Position numbers and translations under genes: made by a program. The notes below the pieces were generated by a model. It was not told the origin of the DNA, searched no databases, and saw nothing but the letters and a program-made list of their open reading frames with translations. Below are positions 9,142 to 17,416 of a DNA stretch of 41,011 bases, one piece after another. This DNA is from a virus (lineage: Duplodnaviria; Heunggongvirae; Uroviricota; Caudoviricetes), in IMG/VR virus record IMGVR_UViG_2563366930_000002, positions 1 through 41,011 of that record; one strand, given 5' to 3'. Position 1 is the stretch's first letter, and the number at the start of each line of letters is the position of its first letter.

Positions 9142-9476
9142 ACAGTTTAACAACACACTACCGTCGCTCGCAACTGATTGCGCTTCCTGTACCGGGTGGA
9201 AAAGCGAAGGTGGAGTATTGCTATGCAGTAAATGTACCAGGTGACAGGGTAATTGTAACCCACAGCTTTGCAGAGTGGGCTGTGGGTGATTTCAACCGGC
9301 AAAAGGAGACAGTCCTTTGCGACAAGTTAACCGCTGGTTCAAAGATCACTACGGAGTACCCGTCAGAGTCATTCGTTGGGAGCCGGAAACACAACGGGTT
9401 ATCTACCTCCGCGAAGGCTATGAGCATGAATGCTTCAGTCCGCTCGAACAGTTTCGTCGTAAATTCAGGGAAATAG
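9138..9476 (+). CDS. Hypothetical protein, 112 aa; C-terminal half may be a frame artefact
   Basis: ATGA overlap with upstream gene; N-terminal 50 aa look protein-like, but from about 9290 another frame looks better. Confidence 0.4.
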   Translation: MNSLTTHYRRSQLIALPVPGGKAKVEYCYAVNVPGDRVIVTHSFAEWAVGDFNRQKETVLCDKLTAGSKITTEYPSESFVGSRKHNGLSTSAKAMSMNASVRSNSFVVNSGK

Positions 9477-9496
9477 AGGTCGGTCATGAGCACTAA
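9317..9496 (+). CDS. Small basic protein, 59 aa, TTG start (not in ORF track); alternatively the frameshifted C-terminus of the upstream gene
   Basis: AGGAGA 7 nt upstream of TTG at 9317; translation [59 protein letters not shown]; stop overlaps the next gene's start. Confidence 0.35.
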   Translation: MRQVNRWFKDHYGVPVRVIRWEPETQRVIYLREGYEHECFSPLEQFRRKFREIEVGHEH

Positions 9497-10427
9497 ATTA
9501 ACCGGCTATGTATGGGATGGTTGCGCAGCGTCAGGCATGAAATTATCCAGCGTGGCAATTATGGCCCGCCTGGCTGATTTCAGTAATGACGAAGGTGTGT
9601 GCTGGCCATCAATTGAAACCATTGCCCGCCAGATTGGCGCGGGGATGAGTACCGTCAGAACGGCTATCGCACGGCTGGAAGCAGAAGGCTGGTTAACGCG
9701 TAAGGCGCGTCGCCAGGGTAACCGCAATGCGTCGAATGTTTATCAGCTTAACGTTGCGAAGCTTCAGGCAGCGGCATTTTCTCAACTGTCAGATTCTGAC
9801 CCGTCAAAATCTGACGCATCAAAATCTGACCCGTCAAAATTTGATGCGTCGAAATCTGGCAAAAAAGCGGGTTTTCACCCGTCAGAATCTGGCGGGGATC
9901 CGTCAGTAAAATCAAAACATGATCCGTCAGATAAAAAACCTTCTCGTCCGGACGCTTCGCAACCGGACACGCAGACGGCTGAACAGGATTTTTTAACTCG
10001 CCATCCTGATGCGGTTGTATTCAGCCCTAAAAAGCGCCAGTGGGGAACGCAGGATGATTTGACCTGCGCACAGTGGCTCTGGAAAAAAATCATCGCCCTG
10101 TACGAGCAGGCCGCCGAATGTGACGGCGAGGTGGTTCGTCCCAAAGAACCGAACTGGACAGCCTGGGCAAACGAAATTCGCCTGATGTGTGTGCAGGATG
10201 GTCGTACTCACAAACAAATCTGCGAGATGTACAGCCGCGTCAGCCGCGATCCGTTCTGGTGCCGTAACGTGCTCAGCCCGTCGAAGCTGCGGGAAAAATG
10301 GGATGAGCTTTCCCTGCGCTTATCGCCGTCCGTCAGCACGTACACCGAAAAACGCGAAGACCCGTACTTCAAAGCCAGTTACGACAATGTGGACTACAGC
10401 CAGATCCCGGCAGGATTCAGGGGGTGA
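9486..10427 (+). CDS. Replication initiator (lambda O-like replisome organiser) with N-terminal winged helix-turn-helix
   Basis: N-terminal helix-turn-helix (MSTVRTAIARLEAEGWL); internal low-complexity SKSD repeat encoded by iterons; position after cro/cII. Confidence 0.8.
   Translation: MSTKLTGYVWDGCAASGMKLSSVAIMARLADFSNDEGVCWPSIETIARQIGAGMSTVRTAIARLEAEGWLTRKARRQGNRNASNVYQLNVAKLQAAAFSQLSDSDPSKSDASKSDPSKFDASKSGKKAGFHPSESGGDPSVKSKHDPSDKKPSRPDASQPDTQTAEQDFLTRHPDAVVFSPKKRQWGTQDDLTCAQWLWKKIIALYEQAAECDGEVVRPKEPNWTAWANEIRLMCVQDGRTHKQICEMYSRVSRDPFWCRNVLSPSKLREKWDELSLRLSPSVSTYTEKREDPYFKASYDNVDYSQIPAGFRG
9788..9936. repeat. Iteron array inside the replication gene; candidate phage origin
   Basis: At least five copies of CCGTCA(A/G)AATCTGAC-like units followed by an A-rich tract (ATAAAAAACC). 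Confidence 0.6.
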
Positions 10428-10918
10428 TCATGAGTCTTTTGAATGAAGTTCAGAAATTCATTGAAGCCCATCCGGGGTGTACTTCCGGAGACATTGCGGA
10501 TGCTTTTGCTGGTTACTCACGGCAGCGCGTTCTGCAGTCAGCAAGCAAGTTACGTCAGAGTGGGCGTGTGGCTCACCGTTGTGAAGGAGATACACGCAGA
10601 CATTTCCCGCGCCTGACTGAGAGAGCGCAGGATCCGGAACCACAACCAGTTCGTGAAACCAGACCTGTGCGCAATTTCTATGTCGGCACTAACGACCCGC
10701 GGGTGATTTTGTGCCTGACCCGCCAGGCGGAAGAACTGGAGTCCAGGGGCTTATACCGTCGTGCTGCAACGGTGTGGATGGCGGCATTCCGTGAAAGCCA
10801 CTCCCAGCCAGAACGAAACAATTTTCTGGCGCGTCGTGAACGGTGTTTACGGAAAAGCAGTAAGCGGGCTGCATCAGGTGAAGAGTGGTATCTCTCAGGG
10901 AATTACGTGGGGGCTTAA
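10424..10918 (+). CDS. Hypothetical regulator with PerC-like C-terminal region
   Basis: C-terminal LESRGLYRRAATVWMAAF resembles the PerC/Pch family from memory; ATGA overlap with upstream gene. Confidence 0.5.
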   Translation: MIMSLLNEVQKFIEAHPGCTSGDIADAFAGYSRQRVLQSASKLRQSGRVAHRCEGDTRRHFPRLTERAQDPEPQPVRETRPVRNFYVGTNDPRVILCLTRQAEELESRGLYRRAATVWMAAFRESHSQPERNNFLARRERCLRKSSKRAASGEEWYLSGNYVGA

Positions 10919-11571
10919 TGAGTAATAAATATTGCCAGGCGCTGGTGGAACTGCGGAACAAACCAGCCCATGAACTGAAGGAAGTGGGCGATCAGTGGCG
11001 CACGCCGGACAACATTTTCTGGGGAATTAACACCCTGTTTGGCCCGTTTGTTCTGGATCTGTTCACTGACGGTGATAACGCCAAATGTGCTGCGTATTAC
11101 ACGGCGGAAGACAACGCGCTGGCGCATGACTGGTCAGAACGCCTTGCGGAGCTTAAAGGTGCTGCCTTTGGTAATCCCCCATACAGCCGCGCCAGTCAGC
11201 ATGAGGGGCAATACATCACCGGCATGCGTTACATCATGAAGCATGCCAGTGCCATGCGTGATAAAGGCGGGCGCTATGTTTTCCTGATCAAAGCTGCCAC
11301 CAGCGAAGTGTGGTGGCCGGAAGATGCAGATCATATTGCTTTTATTCGCGGGCGTATTGGTTTTGAACTGCCTGCCTGGTTTATCCCGAAGGATGAGAAG
11401 CAGGTGCCGACAGGCGCTTTCTTCGCTGGTGCTATTGCTGTTTTCGACAAGACCTGGAAGGGACCGGCAATCAGCTACATCGGGCGCGATGAACTTGAGG
11501 CGTGTGGTGAGGCCTTTCTGGCGCAGGTTCGCCAGCAGGCAGAAAAACTGGTCAGGGAGATGGCGGCATGA
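10918..11571 (+). CDS. Phage DNA N6-adenine methyltransferase (Dam family)
   Basis: FGNPPYSR catalytic motif; start at MSNKYCQ overlaps the upstream stop (TAATG). Confidence 0.9.
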   Translation: MSNKYCQALVELRNKPAHELKEVGDQWRTPDNIFWGINTLFGPFVLDLFTDGDNAKCAAYYTAEDNALAHDWSERLAELKGAAFGNPPYSRASQHEGQYITGMRYIMKHASAMRDKGGRYVFLIKAATSEVWWPEDADHIAFIRGRIGFELPAWFIPKDEKQVPTGAFFAGAIAVFDKTWKGPAISYIGRDELEACGEAFLAQVRQQAEKLVREMAA

Positions 11572-11894
11572 CGACGTTAACTCAATGCCAGCAGCAGGTG
11601 CTGGATATGCTGATTTCTTATCAGAAAGAACGTGGCGTCCCGCCAACCAATCAGGAGGTGGCAACCATGCTGGGATACCGTTCGGTGAATGCAGCGGTGG
11701 AGCATCTTCGCGCACTGGAGAAAAAAGGCGTCATCACGATAAAGCGTGGTGTGGCCCGGGGGATCACTCTTCATACCGTGGTGAAGGTCGACGACAGTGA
11801 GGCGGTCGGGATTATCCGCTCACTGCTTGCCGGTGAGGAAAACGCCAGGCTGCGTGCAGCCCACTGGTTACATGAGAGGGGCCTGAAAGTATGA
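11568..11894 (+). CDS. LexA N-terminal DNA-binding domain protein lacking the peptidase domain
   Basis: QQQVLDMLISYQKERGVPPTNQEVATMLGYRSVNAAVEHLRALEKKGVI closely parallels the LexA N-terminal winged helix; only 108 aa. Confidence 0.75.
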   Translation: MTTLTQCQQQVLDMLISYQKERGVPPTNQEVATMLGYRSVNAAVEHLRALEKKGVITIKRGVARGITLHTVVKVDDSEAVGIIRSLLAGEENARLRAAHWLHERGLKV

Positions 11895-12280
11895 AGCTGA
11901 TCCTGCCTTTTCCGCCCAGCGTGAACACGTACTGGCGACACCCCAACAAAGGGGCGTTTGCTGGTAAGAGCCTGATAAGCGCGGCGGGGCGAAAATTCCA
12001 GAGCGCGGCGTGCGCAGCAATAGTTGAGCAGTTACGTCGTCTGCCGAAACCAACGTCGGCACCTGCTTCAGTGGAGATCGTGTTGTTTCCTCCGGATAAC
12101 CGGATCCGCGATCTGGACAACTATAACAAGGCGCTGTTTGACGCCCTGACCCACGCGGGTGTGTGGGAAGACGACAGCCAGGTGAAAAGAATGCTGGTGG
12201 AGTGGGGGCCGGTTATCCCGGAAGGGAAGGTCGAGATCACTATCAGTAAGTACGAGAAAACGGCGGGTGCAGCCGCCTGA
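11891..12280 (+). CDS. rusA: Holliday junction resolvase RusA
   Basis: FPPSVNTYWR and DLDNYNKALFDAL signatures; about 129 aa. Confidence 0.9.
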   Translation: MKLILPFPPSVNTYWRHPNKGAFAGKSLISAAGRKFQSAACAAIVEQLRRLPKPTSAPASVEIVLFPPDNRIRDLDNYNKALFDALTHAGVWEDDSQVKRMLVEWGPVIPEGKVEITISKYEKTAGAAA

Positions 12281-12299
12281 TTAAGAGGAGAAACGAAGT

Positions 12300-13097
12300 A
12301 TGAATAATCTGATGGTCATTGATGGTATTGAAGTTCGTCGTGATGCTTATGGGCGTTACAGCCTGAACGATCTGCACAGGGCTGCTGGTTCTCTGGATAA
12401 GCATAAGCCTGCATTCTGGCTCCGCAATGAGCAAACTGAGCGTTTAATAAGCGAGTTGCAGATTTGCAACTCGGTCAATATAGAGCCAGTTAACGTTATT
12501 CGTGGCGGAAATAACCAGGGGACGTATGTCTGCAAAGAACTGGTGTATGCCTATGCAATGTGGATCAGCCCGTCATTCCATCTGAAGGTGATCCGTACTT
12601 TCGACATGGTAACCAGCGCACCGGAAAAATTATCCGGACAGGCTGCTGACAAGATGCAGGCTGGTGTGATTCTGCTGGACTTTATGCGCCGGGAATTAAA
12701 CCTGTCTAACTCTTCAGTGCTTGGTGCCTGTCAGAAACTCCAGGAGGCTGTTGGCTTACCGAATCTGGCACCGCGCTATGCCATTGATGCTCCTGCTGAC
12801 GCGCCTGATGGCTCAAGCCGCCCCACGCTGTCACTGAGTGCACTGCTGAAGCAGTATGGTATCCGCCTGACAGCTAATCAGGCATATCACCAGATGGTGA
12901 AGCTGGGGATCGTCGAGCAGCGCGAACGATACAGCCGTACCGCGATTAACAACATCAAAAAATTCTGGTCGCTGACGGCGAAAGGCTGCATGTTCGGCAA
13001 GAACATCACCAGTCCCGCAAATCCGCGCGAGACGCAGCCGCATTTCTTCGAATCCCGATTCCCTGAGCTGTTAAAGCTACTCGATACCGTTCATTGA
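12300..13097 (+). CDS. KilA-N domain protein (antirepressor-like)
   Basis: N-terminal KilA-N pattern (YSLNDLHRAAG...KPAFWLRNEQTERLI...YVCKELVYAYAMWISP). Confidence 0.8.
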   Translation: MNNLMVIDGIEVRRDAYGRYSLNDLHRAAGSLDKHKPAFWLRNEQTERLISELQICNSVNIEPVNVIRGGNNQGTYVCKELVYAYAMWISPSFHLKVIRTFDMVTSAPEKLSGQAADKMQAGVILLDFMRRELNLSNSSVLGACQKLQEAVGLPNLAPRYAIDAPADAPDGSSRPTLSLSALLKQYGIRLTANQAYHQMVKLGIVEQRERYSRTAINNIKKFWSLTAKGCMFGKNITSPANPRETQPHFFESRFPELLKLLDTVH

Positions 13098-13098
13098 G

Positions 13099-14094
13099 GT
13101 GACCGTGAGAGCACTACTGACCCCTGAAATTGCCCCGCGTATGGGGATCGTATTGTTCAGGCCAGGTTCAGAGCTGATGCCCCTGTTTATGCAGGGGCGT
13201 GTCCTGCTGGAGCCAGAGCCGGAACGTTATTCATCTTTCGCCAGTGGTGCCGTTCCGGCGGCATCACAACCGCTGGCGGATGATCCTGCCGTTCGGACCG
13301 TGTTCCGCAATGAGGCAGTGATCCGTCGTGCTGGTGGCGTGGAATGTCTTGAAAGCTGGTTACTTCGTGAAAAGGGCTGTCAGTGGCCTCATTCTGACTG
13401 GCACAGCGAGAACATGACCACAATGCGGCACGCTCCGGGAGCAATTCGTCTGTGCTGGCACTGCGATAACCAGCTGCGTGACCAGTTCACGGAACGGCTG
13501 GAATCAATGGCAACGGATAACTGTGCCCGCTGGGTGTTGTCTGTCGTGCGTCGGGATCTCGGTTTTAATGACAGTCACGTTGTGACAATGCCGGAACTGT
13601 GCTGGTGGCTGGTTCGTAATGATCTGGCGGATGCCTTACCGGAAAGTGCAGCCCGTAAGGCACTGAGATTACCGAAGCCTGTTGTGCCATCTGTCACCCG
13701 GGAAAGTGACCTTGTGCCTTCGGTTCCTGCCACCAGCATCATCCAGGATAAAGCGAAAAAGGTGCTGGCGCTGAAAGTGGATCCGGAGTCGCCGGAGTCT
13801 TTTATGTTACGCCCAAAACGTCGCCGCTGGGTTAATGAAAAGTACACGCGCTGGGTTAAGACGCAGCCGTGTGCATGTTGTGGAAAGCCTGCTGATGATC
13901 CCCACCACCTGATAGGCCACGGTCAGGGTGGGATGGGTACAAAAGCGCATGACCTCTTTGTGTTGCCTTTGTGCAGAAAGCATCACGACGAGCTGCATGC
14001 GGATACCGTGGCATTTGAAGAGAAGTATAGCTCCCAGCTGGAGCTGATATTTCGTTTTATCGATCGTGCGCTGGCAATTGGCGTGCTGGCCTGA
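13099..14094 (+). CDS. DUF968-family phage protein (YdfU-like), GTG start
   Basis: C-terminal Cys/His cluster CACCGKPADDPHHL...CRKHHDELH; Nin-region position. Confidence 0.7.
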   Translation: MTVRALLTPEIAPRMGIVLFRPGSELMPLFMQGRVLLEPEPERYSSFASGAVPAASQPLADDPAVRTVFRNEAVIRRAGGVECLESWLLREKGCQWPHSDWHSENMTTMRHAPGAIRLCWHCDNQLRDQFTERLESMATDNCARWVLSVVRRDLGFNDSHVVTMPELCWWLVRNDLADALPESAARKALRLPKPVVPSVTRESDLVPSVPATSIIQDKAKKVLALKVDPESPESFMLRPKRRRWVNEKYTRWVKTQPCACCGKPADDPHHLIGHGQGGMGTKAHDLFVLPLCRKHHDELHADTVAFEEKYSSQLELIFRFIDRALAIGVLA

Positions 14095-14111
14095 TTTTGT
14101 GGAGAAAGTTG

Positions 14112-14456
14112 ATGCGTGATATGTATGAAGTATTGGACCGCTGGGGAGCATGGGCTGCAGCAGATAACAGTGGCGTGGACTGGCAGCCGATAGCAGCAGG
14201 CTTCAAGGGGCTTTTACCTCATGGCAAAAAGTCACGGATTCAGTGTGATGATGACGAAGGCATTATGATAGACAGTTGTGTGGCTCGGTTGAGAAGGTAT
14301 AAACCAGAGGAATATGAGCTCATCATAGCCCACTTTGTTATTGGTATCTCATTACGCACTATTGCCAAAAAGAGAAGGTGCTCTGATGGCACTATTAGGA
14401 AGGAGTTGCAAACCGCAATCGGTTTTATAGAGGGGGTTGTAAGTATACTTGTGTAA
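14112..14456 (+). CDS. Late-gene antiterminator Q (QuuD-like)
   Basis: MRDMYEVLDRWGAWAA...IAAGFKGL...CDDDEGIMIDSCVARL matches my recollection of DLP12 QuuD; GGAG Shine-Dalgarno 7 nt upstream of ATG 14112. Confidence 0.85.
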   Translation: MRDMYEVLDRWGAWAAADNSGVDWQPIAAGFKGLLPHGKKSRIQCDDDEGIMIDSCVARLRRYKPEEYELIIAHFVIGISLRTIAKKRRCSDGTIRKELQTAIGFIEGVVSILV

Positions 14457-14463
14457 AATAATA

Positions 14464-14483
14464 AAAGGCGGTAGTACCGCCTT
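14464..14483. terminator. Hairpin with flanking A/T runs; likely terminator of the minus-strand three-gene operon
   Basis: AAGGCGGTA-G-TACCGCCTT perfect stem between convergent Q and the 205 aa ORF, with AATAATAAAA on the plus side. Confidence 0.5.
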
Positions 14484-15096
14484 AATGATCGAATCGTTGT
14501 ATGTTTTCATGGAATCTACAAAAGTGAATAGATATTTTGAATAGTAAAATGTAGAAACCAACTTGACTTAAAGTTATGGCTTTGCATTTATCATTCAAGA
14601 GTTTTTGTAATTCTTCCGTTGGTAATTGGTATACATCATCAAGAAAAACGATGCATTCTTCTAAGTTGTCTGATTCAGGAAGATAAAAAATATTAGTAAT
14701 TAACTGCTTCCTTATAGCATCAATTTTGCTATCTATTGAAGTCTTAGAAACTCCGTTGGAGAGAAGAATAGCTTCGAACTTAGATAAACTTACTAACGGA
14801 GCAAAGACTGCACGCATTGGCACATCACGATTATTACTTGTATCTATATCGCAACTGTTGCTTAATATAATGCCTCGTGTTTTTTTAGTCCCTTTAATTG
14901 AATATACTGTAAGCTCCTTAAATATATCTCCCTGAAGTGCAGCATTTTTCAGATCATCATGATAATTGCTAAGGTAGTAGTTAGTGTTTTCAGGGAAATC
15001 TCTAAGTGCATTTATTAGTCCTTCTTTTTGAGGAGCTGTTAAATAATATGGAATTTGATCTTTGAATTTCTCGATATCAAAAATGTTATTACTCAT
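14482..15096 (-). CDS. Hypothetical protein C, 204 aa, third gene of the AT-rich operon; no recognised domain
   Basis: Long ORF in about 30% GC DNA; ATG 4 nt after the upstream stop; soluble, Asp/Asn/Lys-rich. Confidence 0.7.
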   Translation of the reverse strand: MSNNIFDIEKFKDQIPYYLTAPQKEGLINALRDFPENTNYYLSNYHDDLKNAALQGDIFKELTVYSIKGTKKTRGIILSNSCDIDTSNNRDVPMRAVFAPLVSLSKFEAILLSNGVSKTSIDSKIDAIRKQLITNIFYLPESDNLEECIVFLDDVYQLPTEELQKLLNDKCKAITLSQVGFYILLFKISIHFCRFHENIQRFDH

Positions 15097-15099
15097 CAC

Positions 15100-15444
15100 T
15101 TAATCCAAGTATAAATCCCACAGTGAAGCATGAACGACTTTATTTATTTCACTGCCTAAAGACACCTGGTTTGTTGATAATTTTTCATAAAAGTTTGTCA
15201 TCGAGACTGCAAGTCTTTGATCAACTGAGATTGTGCTCCCTGCTTTATATGTTTGTGTGATGGAATGAACTGAATCGGTAGTTGAAGACTTATACTCCAA
15301 AGCGTGATTTTTGACGATTAAACTTTGTTGAGGACCATGCTGTTGATTTTGGGCAATGTCTGTTAATGCAGTTATATGCAGACTATATAAAACCAAAGTT
15401 AATACTTGAAGTTGAGCTCGATAAACATGATGAGACGGATACAT
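15100..15444 (-). CDS. Hypothetical protein B, 114 aa, middle gene; N-terminal hydrophobic segment
   Basis: ORF 15 nt downstream of gene A's stop and abutting gene C; hydrophobic LQVLTLVLYSLHITAL. Confidence 0.55.
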   Translation of the reverse strand: MYPSHHVYRAQLQVLTLVLYSLHITALTDIAQNQQHGPQQSLIVKNHALEYKSSTTDSVHSITQTYKAGSTISVDQRLAVSMTNFYEKLSTNQVSLGSEINKVVHASLWDLYLD

Positions 15445-15459
15445 ATCATACCACCATTT

Positions 15460-16209
15460 CTATTTGTAGGATGGTTCTAGTTCTTGAATTGTTGACTCTT
15501 TAAGGCAACTAAAGAAAGCTAATTTATTACAGGCGTGAAGATCATCAAGAATTTTTTTGGGTTCGTTTTTAAACTTATCTATTTCATCAGTATTAGTGAT
15601 TTGCCTAATGCTGTCTATGTCTAGGATTAGTCCTTTTTTATTAAATTCTCCATTATCTGACATGACTAAAGCATGAGATAATATTTGAATTATATTTAGA
15701 AATGCGCCTTCATTTTTATCGATTCTGATATTGATCGGATAATTAGACATAGACTCGCCAGCCATATTTAAGCTGACGTTTAGCTTATCAAATAAATTAG
15801 AATCGTCTTCTTTTGGGAAAAAATCTACATACTTTAATGAGTAGCGGATGATGTTGTCATTTAAATTTAATTTGTTAAGCTCATTTAATACATGAATGAT
15901 TTTTTCTCTAAAATGACTCCACCCTTGATATTTGGTGCTGGTGGATACAACAACACCATGGTCACTTAGTCCAATATAGTACCCTTCGATTTCGAGGCGA
16001 CTGACAACTGCGTAATGTAATTGTTCATCTCCCTCACGAACATTTTTAGGTATTTGACTGGGTGGTAAACTAATTACTGGTTTTGTACAACCTAGAGCGT
16101 GAAAAAGAAACCCTGGAACTATTTCCGATATTTGTGTTTCTTTAGAAAAACGCATTTCGAAAGCAGCTTCGATTACTGGTTGTTTTGATAGAGATGTTGG
16201 AATGAGCAT
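15460..16209 (-). CDS. Hypothetical protein A, 249 aa, first gene; no recognised domain
   Basis: Long AT-rich ORF; no transmembrane segment or catalytic motif identifiable by eye. Confidence 0.7.
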   Translation of the reverse strand: MLIPTSLSKQPVIEAAFEMRFSKETQISEIVPGFLFHALGCTKPVISLPPSQIPKNVREGDEQLHYAVVSRLEIEGYYIGLSDHGVVVSTSTKYQGWSHFREKIIHVLNELNKLNLNDNIIRYSLKYVDFFPKEDDSNLFDKLNVSLNMAGESMSNYPINIRIDKNEGAFLNIIQILSHALVMSDNGEFNKKGLILDIDSIRQITNTDEIDKFKNEPKKILDDLHACNKLAFFSCLKESTIQELEPSYK

Positions 16210-16437
16210 TTAAAACCCATAGTATGTTTTATGAGCTGATTGGATTTTGAGCATAGCTACCGCACGAATCTTCGAGGAAGATCCAAACATGTGCCTAATG
16301 TCGCATCATGCTCAAGGCGGCATAAATTTTGTTTACTGAGTATAAGATTAACAACCATTAACTTCCATCAAAAATGCTAACGCGTACGCAAAAACTATTG
16401 TATCGTGTTAAGAGTGGTCACTTCGCCACACAGCTTA

Positions 16438-16466
16438 AACCCGCCGTCGAGCGGGTTTGTCGTTTC
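16438..16466 (+). terminator. tR'-like intrinsic terminator upstream of the lysis genes
   Basis: AAACCCGCC-GTCGA-GCGGGTTT stem followed by GTCGTTTCT, about 150 nt before the holin. Confidence 0.5.
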
Positions 16467-16609
16467 TGGACCCGGCTATTTGTTGAGCCTGGTCTATACC
16501 GCAGTTATCCATTGGCTCGGCCTCTTTTACGTTTCCGCTTCTGATTTGCGGTACATGATGTTCCCTCAATTTGCACCTCCTGTATTGGCGAGGTGAGAGA
16601 TAACTACAA

Positions 16610-16936
16610 ATGCCTCATAACCCAAATACCTGGCTGGAGTTGGTCCAGAGCTGGTGGCGTGGAGACACACCGCTGGGCGCAGTGATTATGTCGATTGTTA
16701 TGGCTGGTTTACGTATTGCCTATTTTGGCGGTGGTGGCGGCTGGAAGCGAAAAACACTCGAAATTCTACTCTGTGGCGCTCTGACGCTGACTTTTGCATC
16801 CGCTCTTGAGTATGTCGGATGGCCTAAATCACTATCTGTTGCCATTGGTGGTGGGGTGGGGCTGATCGGTGTCGATGCTATTCGTGGGGCTGCAATGCGA
16901 GTAATCGGTAACAAATTTGGTGGCTCTAAGGAGTAA
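16610..16936 (+). CDS. Holin (lambda S-like, class I)
   Basis: 108 aa with three hydrophobic segments and a charged C-terminus; immediately precedes the endolysin. Confidence 0.75.
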   Translation: MPHNPNTWLELVQSWWRGDTPLGAVIMSIVMAGLRIAYFGGGGGWKRKTLEILLCGALTLTFASALEYVGWPKSLSVAIGGGVGLIGVDAIRGAAMRVIGNKFGGSKE

Positions 16937-16939
16937 TTT

Positions 16940-17416
16940 ATGCAGGTACTAAATTCCCAGCGTAAAGCTTTCCTTGATATGGTGGCTTGGTCAGAAGGAA
17001 CGGATAACGGACGACAACCGACACGTAACCACGGTTATGACGTTATTGTCGGTGGTGAACTCTTCACTGATTACTCCGATCACCCTCGCAAACTTGTCAC
17101 GCTAAACCCGAAACTCAAGTCAACAGCCGCCGGACGTTACCAGCTTCTTTCACGCTGGTGGGATGCTTACCGTAAACAGCTTGGCCTGAAAGATTTTTCT
17201 CCAGAAAGCCAGGACGCTGTAGCTCTGCAGCAGATTAAAGAGCGTGGCGCTTTACCGATGATTGACCGTGGCAATATTCGTCAGGCAATCGACCGTTGCA
17301 GCAATATCTGGGCGTCATTACCTGGTGCAGGTTACGGTCAGTATGAACATAAAATCGGTGACCTGATTGCACGGTTTGAAGAGGCTGGTGGGGTGATAAA
17401 TGAAGTTGAGCTATAA
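16940..17416 (+). CDS. Endolysin, lambda R-type lytic transglycosylase
   Basis: NQRKAFLDM-AWSEGTDNGRQ-TRNHGYDVIVGGELFTDYSDHPRKLVTLNPKLKST-AGRYQLLSRWWDAYRKQLGLKDFSP is nearly identical to lambda R as I recall it. Confidence 0.95.
   Translation: MQVLNSQRKAFLDMVAWSEGTDNGRQPTRNHGYDVIVGGELFTDYSDHPRKLVTLNPKLKSTAAGRYQLLSRWWDAYRKQLGLKDFSPESQDAVALQQIKERGALPMIDRGNIRQAIDRCSNIWASLPGAGYGQYEHKIGDLIARFEEAGGVINEVEL

Noticed and set aside
9788-9936. CRISPR-like array
   Set aside because: Repeats are short, degenerate, lie inside a protein-coding frame and have no unique spacers; they are origin iterons.
16405-16596. 63 aa ORF upstream of the holin
   Set aside because: Overlaps the tR'-like hairpin and likely late leader region; proline- and glycine-rich; more likely non-coding.
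14457-16609. Shiga toxin or other known virulence cargo at the Q-S position
   Set aside because: The three ORFs are on the opposite strand and their sizes and sequences do not match stxA/stxB or the porin and cold-shock cargo known from DLP12 and Qin.
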